DNA from: an uncultured Gemmatimonadaceae bacterium
Lineage (GTDB): Bacteria; Gemmatimonadota; Gemmatimonadetes; Gemmatimonadales; Gemmatimonadaceae
Reading direction: 5' to 3'
DNA: 64,000 nt
Assembly (NCBI GenBank): GCA_963751275.1
Contig: CAVVTZ010000007.1
Span: forward strand, 352,001-416,000
Below the pieces are notes generated by a model. That model searched no databases, was not told where the DNA came from, and worked only from the letters and a program-made list of their open reading frames with translations. How positions within the stretch are numbered: position 1 is the stretch's first letter; each line of letters starts with the position of its first letter. Positions 18,259 to 28,774 of this stretch are shown here, one piece after another. The position numbers were made by a program, and so were the translations under genes.

Positions 18259-21200
18259 TCACGGTGCGGCGAGCGTGCGAAGATGGGCGAGCAGTGGATC
18301 GAGATCGGGATCGGCGGTGGCCCAGAGCGTGGCGGCGGCCGACGCCCACTGCCGCGCGGTGCGCGCGTCGCCCGCGCGCGCGGCCAAGTCCGCCCGCAGC
18401 GCCATCATGCGCACGAGCGACGCCGGCGTCTGCACGTTGTCGAGCAGGAACTGGCCGTACGAGGTGAGGGCGTTGAGCCCGTGGTCGATGAGCGCGGCGG
18501 CGCCGGCGCTGTCGCCGGTGGCGGCCGCGAGCCACGCGTACTGGTAGCGGATGTCGAGCGTGAGTTCGCTCGGCAGCATCTTCGCATCGGCGGCGACGGT
18601 CGCGCGCAGCATCGCGCGCGCCTTCGCGCTGTCGCCGCGGGCGAGCGCGGCCTGCGTCTCGTACAGATCGCCCGCGCCGGCGACGGGCGGCGTGAAAGTC
18701 ACCGCCGGCCGCAGCGGGAAGGCCAACTCGGCGGGAAGCAGCAGCACGGCGTTCCGCACCGTGGCACGCATCGGTGCGGGCACGTTGCCCTGCACCTGTT
18801 CATCCACTTGCTGCTCGAGGCGCATGATGCTGTCGGCGGGGCCGCCCATGGCGACGAAGCCCAGCATCGCGCGCGCGCTCATCGACACCGGCAGCGGCGG
18901 CGTGAGTTCGCGTCCGGCGGGCGTGTACGTCTTGAACTCCACAGCGCTGCGCCGCATGAGATCCACCACGCGCTTCGTCTTGCCGGTGAGCGCGGCGAGC
19001 CCCTTCACCTGGTCCGCTTCGCGCGGCGACGGATCGCCGGTGAGTCCGAGCACGGCGTCGGCCGCCGCGCGCGCCTCGGCCCACCGGCTCCCCTCGATCA
19101 GCACGCGCACGTACACCACGCCGGTGCGGATGCTGTCCGCGCGGTCGTGCGCGAGCGCCCGCGCCGAATCGATCGCCGCGAGCGCGGACTGCGACGGATC
19201 GTTGCTCCCGGTCACGCTGCCCGTGCTCTCGAGGGCGCGCGCGAGCGTCTCGTACGCCGAGGGGCTGCGCGGATATGCGTTCTTCCACGAGCGCGCGATG
19301 CTCAGCAACCGCTCGCGGTTGTTCATCATCGCGCCGGTCGCGTCACTGGTATCCCCGTGGCCGGCGGTCACGTCCGCGAAGCGGTACGGGATGAGCGCCA
19401 TGGTGTCGCCCTTGAGACTCGCTGAGGCCAGGAACCACACGGTGTCGGGGGTGAGCGCGAAGCCGCGGCGGAATTGGGTGCTCTGCGTGAACAGGATCTC
19501 CGACAGCCGCTTGTAGCCGAGGCCGGCGAAGGCGAGGTGCACGGACGGCACGATGCGCAGCGCGCGGTCGTAGGCGTTGATCGCGGACTGGTAGCTGCTG
19601 CGGAAGGCCCAGCCGCTGGGACTCTTGTCGTCGCGCACGACGAGCTGGTCGCGGCGGCGGCAGTCGCCGAGTCCGTACCAGGCGACGAAGTCGAGGGTGT
19701 CGCGCTCGGTCATCGCCTTGTAGCGCGCGCAGGCGGCCGGGTAGTCCATGTTCGCGAGCGCGTTGAGCGCGATCGCGCGCGCGCTGTCCCGCGCGCCAAG
19801 CTGCGCGCGCAGGGCATAGGCGCGGTCCGCGGTCTCGCGCCAATCGGTGGGCTCGCCGGTATTGCGCCAACTCATCACCTGCGCGAGCCAGAAGTGCGCG
19901 TTGGCGAACCCCGGGTCCGCCGACGCGGACTCGCGGAAGAGGCTCTCGGCCTTCGCGAGCTGCCACTGGCCGAGCGCCTCGTGCGCGGCGGTGTAGTCCA
20001 CGAGCGCGGGGATGTTCCGCGTGCCGCGACTGTCCATGTCCACTGCCGGCGATCCCGTCTTGGGCAGGATGAGCGAGTCGGCGAGCTCCGCGAACTTCGT
20101 CTCGGCATTCGAGAGCGAGCTGTCGACGTGCACGGTGAACTCGCGCAGCGTGGATCCGGTCTTCACGTCGTAGACCTTGCCGAGGACGCTGATGTCGGCG
20201 CCGGCCTGCGAGACCTCGCCCCAGATCAGCTTGCCCGCGCCCAGGCTCTTCGCCGTGGAGAGAGCGTCGGGCACCTCGAGCGGACCGTCGGCGTGGCGGC
20301 GCTTCGCGTCCTGCGCGCGCATGCCGTCCACCAGCTTGAGTCCGTTCCACTGCGTGAGCGCATCGTACAGCAGCTGCTGGCAGGCGTTGCCGTTCAGCAA
20401 TCGCGGCGCGGCGCCATCGCGGTGGCGGAAGGGGAGCACCACGTACAGGTCCGCGACGAGGGGCGCCGGCTTGAGCGCGATGATGATCGCGCCGAGCACC
20501 ACCGCGAGGAGCGCGGCGATCGCCCATTTCCATTTCCCGAGCGTCGCGAGCAGCGGACGCGGCTCCTCGCGCCGGCGGCCCATGGTGTCCATCACATCGA
20601 GCGCGCTCGCGAACTCGCCGACGGACGCGAAGCGGTCCGCGGGCACGCGCGAGAGCGCCTTCTGCAGCGCGGCCTCGACCTCGGGCGGCACCTTGTCGCG
20701 CGCTTTGCGGATCGGCGGCGGCGCCTCGGTGAATCGCTGCGCCAGCACGGAGCGTCCCGACGCGCCGACGAAGGGCGGCGCGCCGCCGAGCATCTCGTAG
20801 AGCACGCAGGCGAGCGCGTACTCATCGCTGCGGCCATCGATCGGGTCGCCGCTCGCCTGTTCGGGGCTCATGTAGGCGGGGGTGCCCACCGCGAAGCCAT
20901 CCTCGGTGTTGCGGCGGCCGGCGGCGCGGCTCACGGCGCGTGCGATGCCGAAGTCCGCCACGAGCGCGTGGCCGTTCGTGAGCAGGATGTTCTCCGGCTT
21001 CACGTCGCGGTGGATCACGCCCTGTTCGTGCGCGTACGCGAGCGCGCCGGCCACCTCGCGCGCGAGGCGCAGCGCCTCTGGGACCGGCAGCTGCGACTCG
21101 CGCTGCAGCCGCTCGCGCAGGCTCTCGCCGCCGATGAAGGGCATCACGTAGTAGAGCGCGCCCTCCACCTCGCCCGAGTCGTAGAGCGCGAGGATGTGCG

Positions 21201-22234
21201 GATGCTGCAGCTTGGCGAGCACCGCGATCTCGCTCTGGAAGCGCTCGGTGCCGAACGCGTCGGCGAGCTCGGCGTGGATGAACTTGAGCGCCACGTCGCG
21301 GTCGTGCTTCAGGTCGCGCGCGAGGAACACGGTGGCCATCCCGCCGCGCCCGATCTCGCGCTGGATGAGATAGCGGCCCGCGATCGTCGCGCCGCGCTCG
21401 CGCGAGGAGCTCATCGGCATCTCGGCGTCGTCGGCGAGATCGCGCTCCGAGGGCGCGGTCACGCGGCCGGTGCTGCGGCGGAAGGGCGCCGACGCGCGTG
21501 GCGCCGGCGGCGGCGTGTAGCCCGGCTCCGACTTCAACTTCTCGGCGAACGCGCGCACCGCCTGGTTGGGCGGCGCGCCGAACTCTTCCTTCATCCGGCG
21601 CTCGTGCGCCTCGCCGTGCGCGACGGCGCCCGCGCTGTCGCCGCCCGCCGCGAGCGCGGACATCACCTCGATCGCGACGTGCGTGCTGAGCGGATCGATG
21701 TCGGCGAGGCGGCGCCACCAGCGTGCGGCGGCGGCGTGCTCGCCCATCGCCTTCGCCTCGGAGGCGAGCGCCTCCAGCGCGCCGCGGAAGCGCTGCTCGA
21801 GGCGCAGCCGCTCGCGCTCCACCCACCGCTGGAACTCCGGCGCATCGGGGAGCGTGTAGCCGTCGAGGAAGGGACCGCCGTACACCGCGACCGCGGCCGC
21901 CAGGTCGCGCCGGTCGAGCGCGCGCTCGAACTCCGCGAGGTCGCTCGTGAACTCGGCGGCATCGAGGCGCACATCGGCGGTGCCGTGGAAGAGCGCGTCG
22001 ACGCCGAGGTCCTTCCGCATCGCCGCGAGCATCTCGGACAGCGCGTGGCGCGCGCGATCGGCCTCCGTCTCCGGCCAGAGATACGCGAGCAGCTTGTCGC
22101 GGCTCACGCCCCGGTCGCCGGCGGCGGCGAGGAGCGCGAGCAGCGCCAGGCGGCGCCGTTTCGTGCCGGCGGTGCCGAGCGGCCCCTCGAATGCCATCCA
22201 GGGAGAGGCCACCCAACGCGCTGAGTCTCAGCAT
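18259..22234 (-). CDS. SARP-like (wHTH-BTAD) + Hanks Ser/Thr kinase + TM + TolB-like/TPR receptor protein; frameshift near 22195
   Basis: MLRLSALGG, SRDKLLAYLWPE, Y.GPFLDG..EFQRW (BTAD); GRGGMA, VALK, HRDVKPEN, DFG, GTPAYMSPE; TM WAIAALLAVVLGAIIIAL; VVLPF then TPR-like helices. Confidence 0.9.
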
Positions 22235-22334
22235 CGTGAGTGGGCCATTTGTGGCGAGGCAATGTTCAAATGCCTATCATAGGGCGCGCGAGAGGCGCGC
22301 ACAAGCAATCCACAGAGCGGAGGACGGGACAGGC

Positions 22335-23882
22335 GTGCATCGATCACCGGGCATCGGCCATCGATACCTGATCACCGCGCTGCTCGCGGGCGCGGCCGCG
22401 TTCGTGGGCGTGCTGCGCATCACGGAGCCGCTTGGCCCGGGGCTCGATCCGGACGCGCGGGGCTATCTCTACGCCGCCGGCACGCTCGCGCACGGCGGCA
22501 CGCTGCGCGACGTGCGCGATGACTGGGTGAGTCCCGACAGCACGCGGTCGCTCACACGGTGGCCGCCGGGATTCTCGGTGGCGGTCGCGGCCGCGGAGGC
22601 GGCGGGTGCGCCGCCGGTGCAGGGGGCGCGCGCGGTGATCGCGCTCTCGGCGTTCGCGGCGATGGCGATCCTCGTGTGGCTCGTGTGCGCGGCGGCGGGG
22701 ACGGATGCGGGGATCGCGCTCGCGCTCGTCCTGCTCGTCTCACCGCCAGTGGCGTTCGTGCACGAGAGCCTGCTCAGCGAACCGCTCTTCCTCGCACTGC
22801 TCGCCGCGACGCTCGCGCTCATGGTGCGCGCGCGGCCCGCACCGCTGGCCGAAGGCGCCACCGCGGCGGCGGCGAGCATGGTGCGCTACGCCGGTCTCGC
22901 GTTCGTGGGCGCCGTGGTGCTCTGGGAACTGCTGCGCGCCGGCGCGTGGCGGGACCGCCTGCGCCGCGCGGCGCTCGCCGCGCTGCCGGCGAGCCTGGTG
23001 AACGCCTGGTGGTGGACCCGGGCGGCGCACACGGGCGGGCGAGGAGCGGTGCGGCATTTCAGTCTGTACGGCGCGATCGGCGACACGCTGCACGAAGGAT
23101 TCGGGACCGTCGTCGCGTGGCTGGCGCCGGGCCTCAATGCGCCCGCGAACGTCATTCTGGCGATCGGGGTGGTGCTTGCTATCGGCGCAACGGCGTTCCT
23201 TGCGCATCGTTCCTCGCGCGTGGAACGTGACGAGGCACGCGGCACGAGCAATGCGGCGCTGCTCAAGGCGTGCGGGTTACTCACTCTCGCCTACCTCGCA
23301 CTGATCCTCCTCGCGCGATTGCTGGCGGATCCGGACATCCCGCTCGACGAGCGCCTCCTCGCGCCGGCGATCGTGCTCGCGAGCGTCGCGGCGGTGGTCG
23401 TGATCGCGGCGTGGTGGCGCGGCGCCGCCATCCCGTGGCGGATCGCCCTCGGCGCCGGCGCCGCGCTCTGGGGGCTCGGCTCGCTCTCGGTCACGCAAGG
23501 CGCGGTGCGCTACGCGCTCGACACGGGCAGCGACTACGCCGATATCTGCTGGAGCGGTTCGCCGGTGACGGCATGGGTGCGCGACCATGGCGCGGGGCAC
23601 GCACTGCTCTCGAACGCGCCGATCGCGCTCTACTTCCACTCGGCGCGCCTCGCGCGTGAGATGCCCGACGAGATGCAGGCGGACTCCGTGCGCCGTTTCG
23701 CCGACACGCTGGCGGCACGGAACGCCTACATCGTGATCTTCGACCGCTCGTGCGCCGAGACGATCGAGCCGCCGGATCCGGTGTTCATGGGAGCGTTGGG
23801 CCTGGTGCCCGAGGTTCAGCTGCGCCGCGGCACGGTCTGGCGCGTGCCCAAGTCGGTCAGTGGTGAACGGCAACGACCTTGA
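22335..23882 (+). CDS. Polytopic membrane protein, probable GT-C (ArnT/PMT-like) glycosyltransferase
   Basis: PD..GY, WPPGF, LSEPLF, RYAG motifs and about 11 hydrophobic segments. Start uncertain. Confidence 0.65.
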   Translation: MHRSPGIGHRYLITALLAGAAAFVGVLRITEPLGPGLDPDARGYLYAAGTLAHGGTLRDVRDDWVSPDSTRSLTRWPPGFSVAVAAAEAAGAPPVQGARAVIALSAFAAMAILVWLVCAAAGTDAGIALALVLLVSPPVAFVHESLLSEPLFLALLAATLALMVRARPAPLAEGATAAAASMVRYAGLAFVGAVVLWELLRAGAWRDRLRRAALAALPASLVNAWWWTRAAHTGGRGAVRHFSLYGAIGDTLHEGFGTVVAWLAPGLNAPANVILAIGVVLAIGATAFLAHRSSRVERDEARGTSNAALLKACGLLTLAYLALILLARLLADPDIPLDERLLAPAIVLASVAAVVVIAAWWRGAAIPWRIALGAGAALWGLGSLSVTQGAVRYALDTGSDYADICWSGSPVTAWVRDHGAGHALLSNAPIALYFHSARLAREMPDEMQADSVRRFADTLAARNAYIVIFDRSCAETIEPPDPVFMGALGLVPEVQLRRGTVWRVPKSVSGERQRP

Positions 23883-23930
23883 ACGAATGCGGCGCTTCGA
23901 ATGTTCTCGCCGCATTCGTTCAAAGTCGTT
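23872..23930. terminator. Long hairpin between convergent genes
   Basis: AACGACCTTGAACGAATGCGGCG / CGCCGCATTCGTTCAAAGTCGTT inverted repeat with one mismatch. Confidence 0.6.
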
Positions 23931-23943
23931 CCTGCTATCTACA

Positions 23944-24741
23944 TCAGCTGGCTTTCTTGATCTCGATGCTCCCGTTCACGGTCTCGAGCTTGACCTGACG
24001 GCCGCCCTTCCCGAGCGTGGCGTGCAGGTGCCTCGGGTTCACGCGCCCGCTGATCGTGAGCGGGAAATCCGACGTGAGCGAACCGTTCACCGTCTCCATG
24101 TCGACGTCGGCGGCGAAGCTCGCGGGCACCGTCACCGAGATCGAGCCGTTCACCGTGGTGAACTTCAGATCGTCATCGCCCGGTGCGGCATCCATCGCCA
24201 CGCGGATCGAACCGTTCACCGTGTTCGCCACCACGGGGCCCCCCGCGCTCGACGCATCGATGCGGCCGTTCACCGTCTCCGCGCGCACTTCGCTCTGCGC
24301 GCCGGACACATCGAGCCCGCCGTTCACCGTGTTCACGCCGACCTTCACGCCGGCCGGCAGCTTGATCGTGAACTTCACGTTCACGTCGTTGTGGTCGTCC
24401 CAATTCTCGTTGTGGCCATGGTAATGCGCGCCCCGCGCATCGCACGTGGAGCGGTCGCCCCAGAGTGCGCAGATCGTGATGTTGTCCCCGTCCTTCACCA
24501 CCGCGAAGGTGACGTCCTTCGGGTCGCCGTGCCGCCAGTCCTTCTCGGCGGTGACTTCCGCGACATCGCCGGACGCCTTCTCGACGCTGATGGATCCGTT
24601 CAGGTTGCTCACGCGGAGCCAGGAGCCGGCGGCCATCTTGCCGTTCCACTTGAAATTGTCGTCCGAGCTGGTGGTGGTCTGGGCGGCCAGCGGCGCGCTC
24701 AGGAACGCGACGGCGAACGCCGCGGTGATGATCCGGTGCAT
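23944..24741 (-). CDS. DUF4097 beta-solenoid (putative adhesin) secreted protein
   Basis: Own GGAGG RBS and signal peptide MHRIITAAFAVAFLSAPLAA; repeated TVNGSI units. Confidence 0.85.
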   Translation of the reverse strand: MHRIITAAFAVAFLSAPLAAQTTTSSDDNFKWNGKMAAGSWLRVSNLNGSISVEKASGDVAEVTAEKDWRHGDPKDVTFAVVKDGDNITICALWGDRSTCDARGAHYHGHNENWDDHNDVNVKFTIKLPAGVKVGVNTVNGGLDVSGAQSEVRAETVNGRIDASSAGGPVVANTVNGSIRVAMDAAPGDDDLKFTTVNGSISVTVPASFAADVDMETVNGSLTSDFPLTISGRVNPRHLHATLGKGGRQVKLETVNGSIEIKKAS

Positions 24742-24743
24742 GG

Positions 24744-25701
24744 TCAATCCTCCTTGGACTTGGAACCGCCGCAACCTGTCGATGGTGACGTCGCCGCTGA
24801 AGGTCTCGATGCCGAAGCGCGCGCCGCCGCCGCCGATCTGGAATGTCATGTTCTTGTTGCGCCCTTCTCCCGACGAGCCGCCGGGCATGAGGATCATCGC
24901 GCAGGAACTGTTGAAGTCCCCGCTGTAGCCGCGCACGCTCACCGTGGCGCCGACGCCGCGCGGCAGGGCGAGAGTGAACGAGCCCGAGTGGGAGTTGAAC
25001 TCATAGCGCCCCTTCGGATCCACCGTGCCGTCGAACTCGAGATCGCCGCTCACGGTCCCTGTCCGCACGTACGAACTCCTGATCGCGTGGAGTTTCATCT
25101 CGCCGCTCACGGTCTGCACCTGCAGATCGCCGGCGACGCCGCTGAGCTCGATGTCGCCGCTCACCGCGCTCGCCTTCACGCCACCGCCCAGATCGGACGC
25201 GGTGACACTGCCCGAGACGCTCTGCAGCGCGGCGCGGCCGGTGACGTTGGTCACCACGACGTCGCCGCTGATGCTCGTCGCCTCCAGTTCGCCGGCGCCC
25301 TTGATCGTGACCTCGCCGGAGATGCTCGATGCCGAGACGCGGGCGTCGCGCGGCACCATCACCTCGAAGTGCGTGTCATCGTCATCGTCGCCGTCCTGCC
25401 GGTCGATCTCGAGCGTGACGCGCGACAATGACGCGTCGAAGCGGATGTCGCCGCTCTCGCTGGTCGCGTGGACCTGGACTTGCGGCTTGTCCCAGCCCGT
25501 GACTTTGATGTCGCCGGAGATCAGCGACACTTCCACCGTGGCGCCGCGGCCCACCGACACGGTGGTGTCAATGCGGCTCACGCCGTCCTCGTCGCGGTTG
25601 TCGTGCTTGCTCTTGTGCTTGGATTGGGCGGCCGCCGGGAGGGCGATCGCGAAGAGCGCCAAGAGCGCGAAGGAGCTGATGCGGGTCTTCATGGTGGTCA
25701 T
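24744..25701 (-). CDS. DUF4097 beta-solenoid secreted protein; apparent fusion to the next gene is probably a 1-bp indel near 24775
   Basis: Signal peptide and repeated SVSGDI units; a shifted frame gives ..GGSKSKED* with TGA 2 nt before the next ATG. Confidence 0.85.
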
Positions 25702-25704
25702 CTC

Positions 25705-26391
25705 TCAGGTGCGGGCGGGGAGGAGTGCCGCGGTGCGCAGCAGTCCAACCTTCTGGTCGAGTACGCGAGTGAGCTGTTCGTTCAGGAAGCGGCTGCGCGG
25801 ATCCTTCGCGAGGGCCGCGCGGCTCTCGGCGATCGCGTGGTCGATCACGAGCAGGTTCTTCTCGATGATCTTCACGGTGGTCGTGTCGAGTTCGCCGCGG
25901 CGGAGCTTCACCGCGGAGTCGAGCTGCGCGATCTCGGTGTCGTACGTTTGGATGAGGCGCTGAGACGCGAGCGTGCCGCCCGGCGCGCCGGGCGCGGGCG
26001 CCGGCGCGGCCGTCACCGGCGTACTCTGGTTGAGCATTGCCTGCCGCGTGAGCAGCGAGCTGCCGATGATCAGGATCGCGGCGGCCGCCGCGTACCGGAC
26101 GACGCGCCATCCGCGGCGCGCCATCGGAGCCGGAGCGCGCTCGCCGAGCGACAGCACCCGCGGCTCGATCCGGGCCGCGATGCCGCTCCACAGATCGTGC
26201 GCGGGGGAGAGCACGGGCAGCGCGGCCGCACTGGCCGGCCGTTCGTCGAGCGCGGCGAGCACGCCGGCACAGCGCGCGCAGCCGCGGAGGTGCAGCTCGA
26301 CCGCCGCCCGGGTGGGCGCGTCGAGCGTTTCGTTCAGATAGTCGGCGAGCCGCACATCCAGCTCAGCGCAGGTCATCGTCATGTCGGTCAT
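25705..26391 (-). CDS. Zinc-finger (zf-HC2) transmembrane anti-sigma factor
   Basis: HLRGCARC (HxxxCxxC), DLWSGIAARI, TM YAAAAAILIIGSS. ATGA overlap with the sigma gene. Confidence 0.88.
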   Translation of the reverse strand: MTDMTMTCAELDVRLADYLNETLDAPTRAAVELHLRGCARCAGVLAALDERPASAAALPVLSPAHDLWSGIAARIEPRVLSLGERAPAPMARRGWRVVRYAAAAAILIIGSSLLTRQAMLNQSTPVTAAPAPAPGAPGGTLASQRLIQTYDTEIAQLDSAVKLRRGELDTTTVKIIEKNLLVIDHAIAESRAALAKDPRSRFLNEQLTRVLDQKVGLLRTAALLPART

Positions 26392-26969
26392 CTCTCCAGT
26401 GCCTCCCGGAGGAGCATCCGCGCGCGGTGCAGCTGCGCTTTGGTGCCTCCCGATGTCACGCCGAGCATCTCGGCGATCTCCTCGTGCTTGTAGCCTTCCA
26501 CGTCGTGCAGTACGAACACCCGGCGCGCGCCGGGGGGCAGTGTCGCGATCGCCGCCTCGATGTCCATCCGGTCCGCGTGACGCGGGGCCTCGCGGCCCCC
26601 GAACTGCGCCTCGGGATCGTCTTGCTCTTCGCCCAGCTGGTCCGGCGCGACGCGCGATCGTTCGCGGCTCGCCGTCTTCCGGTCGTTCAATACCACGTTC
26701 ACTGCCACCCGGTGGATCCAGGTGCCGAAGGCGCTGTCGCCGCGGAACTGCGGCAGCTTGTCCCACGCGCGGACGAACACATCCTGCGTGAGCTCCTCCG
26801 CATGCTCGCGGTTCCCGCACATGCGCGCGCAGAGCGAGAAGACACGGTCCACGTGGGAACGGTAGAGCCGTTCGAACGCCCGCCGGTCACCCCCCGCAGC
26901 CAACGCCGCATCGGCGCTGCTGTCAGCGGACGGTTTCGCGACTTCCACGTGCAGGGCGGCGGCGAGCAT
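26388..26969 (-). CDS. ECF RNA polymerase sigma factor
   Basis: AFERLY, AEELTQDVF, FGTWIHRVAVN, LPPGARRVFVL..EGY.HEEIA..LG. Confidence 0.95.
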   Translation of the reverse strand: MLAAALHVEVAKPSADSSADAALAAGGDRRAFERLYRSHVDRVFSLCARMCGNREHAEELTQDVFVRAWDKLPQFRGDSAFGTWIHRVAVNVVLNDRKTASRERSRVAPDQLGEEQDDPEAQFGGREAPRHADRMDIEAAIATLPPGARRVFVLHDVEGYKHEEIAEMLGVTSGGTKAQLHRARMLLREALER

Positions 26970-26998
26970 CCAGGTCCGTTCTCCTTGTGGTCACTGGA

Positions 26999-27027
26999 TA
27001 GGATGCTCGGGAGGGACGAATGGTTTG
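26999..27027 (-). promoter_or_regulatory. Candidate ECF-type autoregulated promoter
   Basis: CAAACC-N16-CATCCTA about 30 bp upstream of the sigma ATG, resembling the AAC..CGT/CAT ECF layout. Confidence 0.35.
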
Positions 27028-27035
27028 AAGGCCCC

Positions 27036-27699
27036 TCACGGGGCGCCGAGCCGAGCGATGAGCGCGGGGAAATCGGCCATCCGCTTCACCCGGTGCTTCG
27101 GATGAGCGGTGTCGAGATCGGCGGCGCTGAATGGCCCCCACTCCGCCGCCACCGAAATGACGCCGGCCGCGTTCGCGGCCAGCATGTCGTGCGGCGAATC
27201 GCCCAGGAACACGGCTTCCGCGGGCGGGTAGCCAAGCGCACGGAGCGCCGTCTGCACCGGTTCCGGATGCGGCTTGTGGCGTTCGGTGCTTTCCATGCCG
27301 ATGATGACATCGATCGTATCGCGCAGTCCGGTGAATGCGAGCGCGCGCTCGGCGAGATCGGTCATCTTCGACGTGACGAGGGCGGTGGGATGGGCACGGG
27401 CGCGCAATTGCTGCATGGCCTCGCGCACACCGTCATAGGCGCGCATGAGGCGGTCGTGGTGCCGCATCTGGAATTCCCGGTAGGTGACGGTCATCGCACG
27501 GGCGACGTCGTCGTCCTGCGTGAATTCGCGGAGCTGGGTGAAGAGGGGCGTGCCGAGTCCGGCGATCCAGCGCGCATCGGGGGGCACGGCGCCGAGGTGC
27601 GTGGCGAAGGTGTGGCGGAAGGATGAAAGGATGAGCTCGAATGGAATCCACGAGGGTCCCGTCGAGATCGAAGAGCAGCGCGAGCGGGCGGCGGGTCAC
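27036..27699 (-). CDS. HAD-IA hydrolase (PpaX/phosphoglycolate phosphatase-like); frameshift near 27645
   Basis: LFDLDGTLVDS, VTSK, HKPHPEP, GDSPHD. Confidence 0.88.
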
Positions 27700-27771
27700 T
27701 GTCGGATCGTGGTAGGCATCGTTACCTATACTAGGACGTTCGGGCTAACCCTGCACCCCGTGAGGATCGCC

Positions 27772-28225
27772 ATGAAGGCATTGCTTGCGCTCGCGGCCGC
27801 GGTCTTCCTCGCCGCCTCGTCGTGCTCCACCGGCGGCGCGGTGGACATCACCGGCAACTGGAATTATTCGGCGACGTTCGGGGACACCATGCCGGTGCTG
27901 AACTGCGCGACCACCGCCGGCACGCTGCATCTGCACGCAGTCGGGCCCGCAGGTGACCGGCACCTATGCCGGGCTGACGTTCGCCTGCACGGGGGCGGTC
28001 AGCAATACGTTCGGGCCGTATGACGGTCTCATCTCGAACGGCACGATCACGGGCGGCTCGTTGCTGATGAGCTTCGACGTGACGGGATGCTGCGGCGGCA
28101 GCTCTTCGTGGCAGAACACGGGTCTCGCGAGCAACACCATGATCCAGGGAAGTCTGGTGACCGTCCTCACGCTGAACGGCGTGCAGTACACGATGTTCGG
28201 CCACTGGAACGCGAACAAACAATAG
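27772..28225 (+). CDS. Hypothetical lipoprotein (small beta protein); frameshift near 27945
   Basis: MKALLALAAAVFLAASSC, DITGNW; continues in ORF 27953..28225 ending GHWNANKQ. Confidence 0.65.
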
Positions 28226-28242
28226 CGGGCGCGCGCGATGGC

Positions 28243-28749
28243 TCAGGGCGGGCGGTGCGCGTTCAGATCCGCCGCGGAGTCCACCGCGAGTTCGAAGGTG
28301 CGCAGGGCGGGCGGCACGTTCTGGCAGCCGAAATAATCGGTGATCTGCTTGGACCATCCGGCGCCGTAGAAGGCGACCACCGCGCCGGGCTGGTCGGTCC
28401 ACGCCTGCGGACAGTATGTCTTGGATGACGGGATGTCATCGGGCAGCGCGGTAAGGCCGGCCTGGTGCGCCTGCGCGAGGAGCGCCTGCACCGCGGCGGG
28501 CGCGATCGTCCACGAGCGTTCGATCACTGCGCGCTGCTCGGTCTGCTCCTGCCAGCGCAGCGCCACGGAGCCGTCGCGCGACAGGCGCATTCTATAGACG
28601 GGGCAGAAGCCGAAGCACGCCGTGCGCTGGAAGACGAGACTGTCGGCCGTGCGCGGATCGGGGCCCACCGCCGTGTCCGGGCGCTGTCCGCCGCACGCGG
28701 CCGTGATGGCCAGCACGCAGGCGAAAGTCCATCCAAGCTGTTTGATCAT
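28243..28749 (-). CDS. DUF6438-like lipoprotein
   Basis: Lipobox TAAC; RTACFGFCPVY...DG.V; TDQP; DY.GC. Confidence 0.75.
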   Translation of the reverse strand: MIKQLGWTFACVLAITAACGGQRPDTAVGPDPRTADSLVFQRTACFGFCPVYRMRLSRDGSVALRWQEQTEQRAVIERSWTIAPAAVQALLAQAHQAGLTALPDDIPSSKTYCPQAWTDQPGAVVAFYGAGWSKQITDYFGCQNVPPALRTFELAVDSAADLNAHRPP

Positions 28750-28774
28750 ATCCGGTGGACGAGTGACGCGGCGG

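Noticed and set aside
24080..24335. CCGTTCACCGT recurring about every 60 bp, as a CRISPR array
   Set aside because: It is the coding repeat TVNG of the DUF4097 beta-solenoid on the minus strand.
23944..25701. 585-aa double-DUF4097 fusion
   Set aside because: An internal GGAGG RBS, a second signal peptide and a shifted-frame TGA 2 nt before the ATG indicate two genes.
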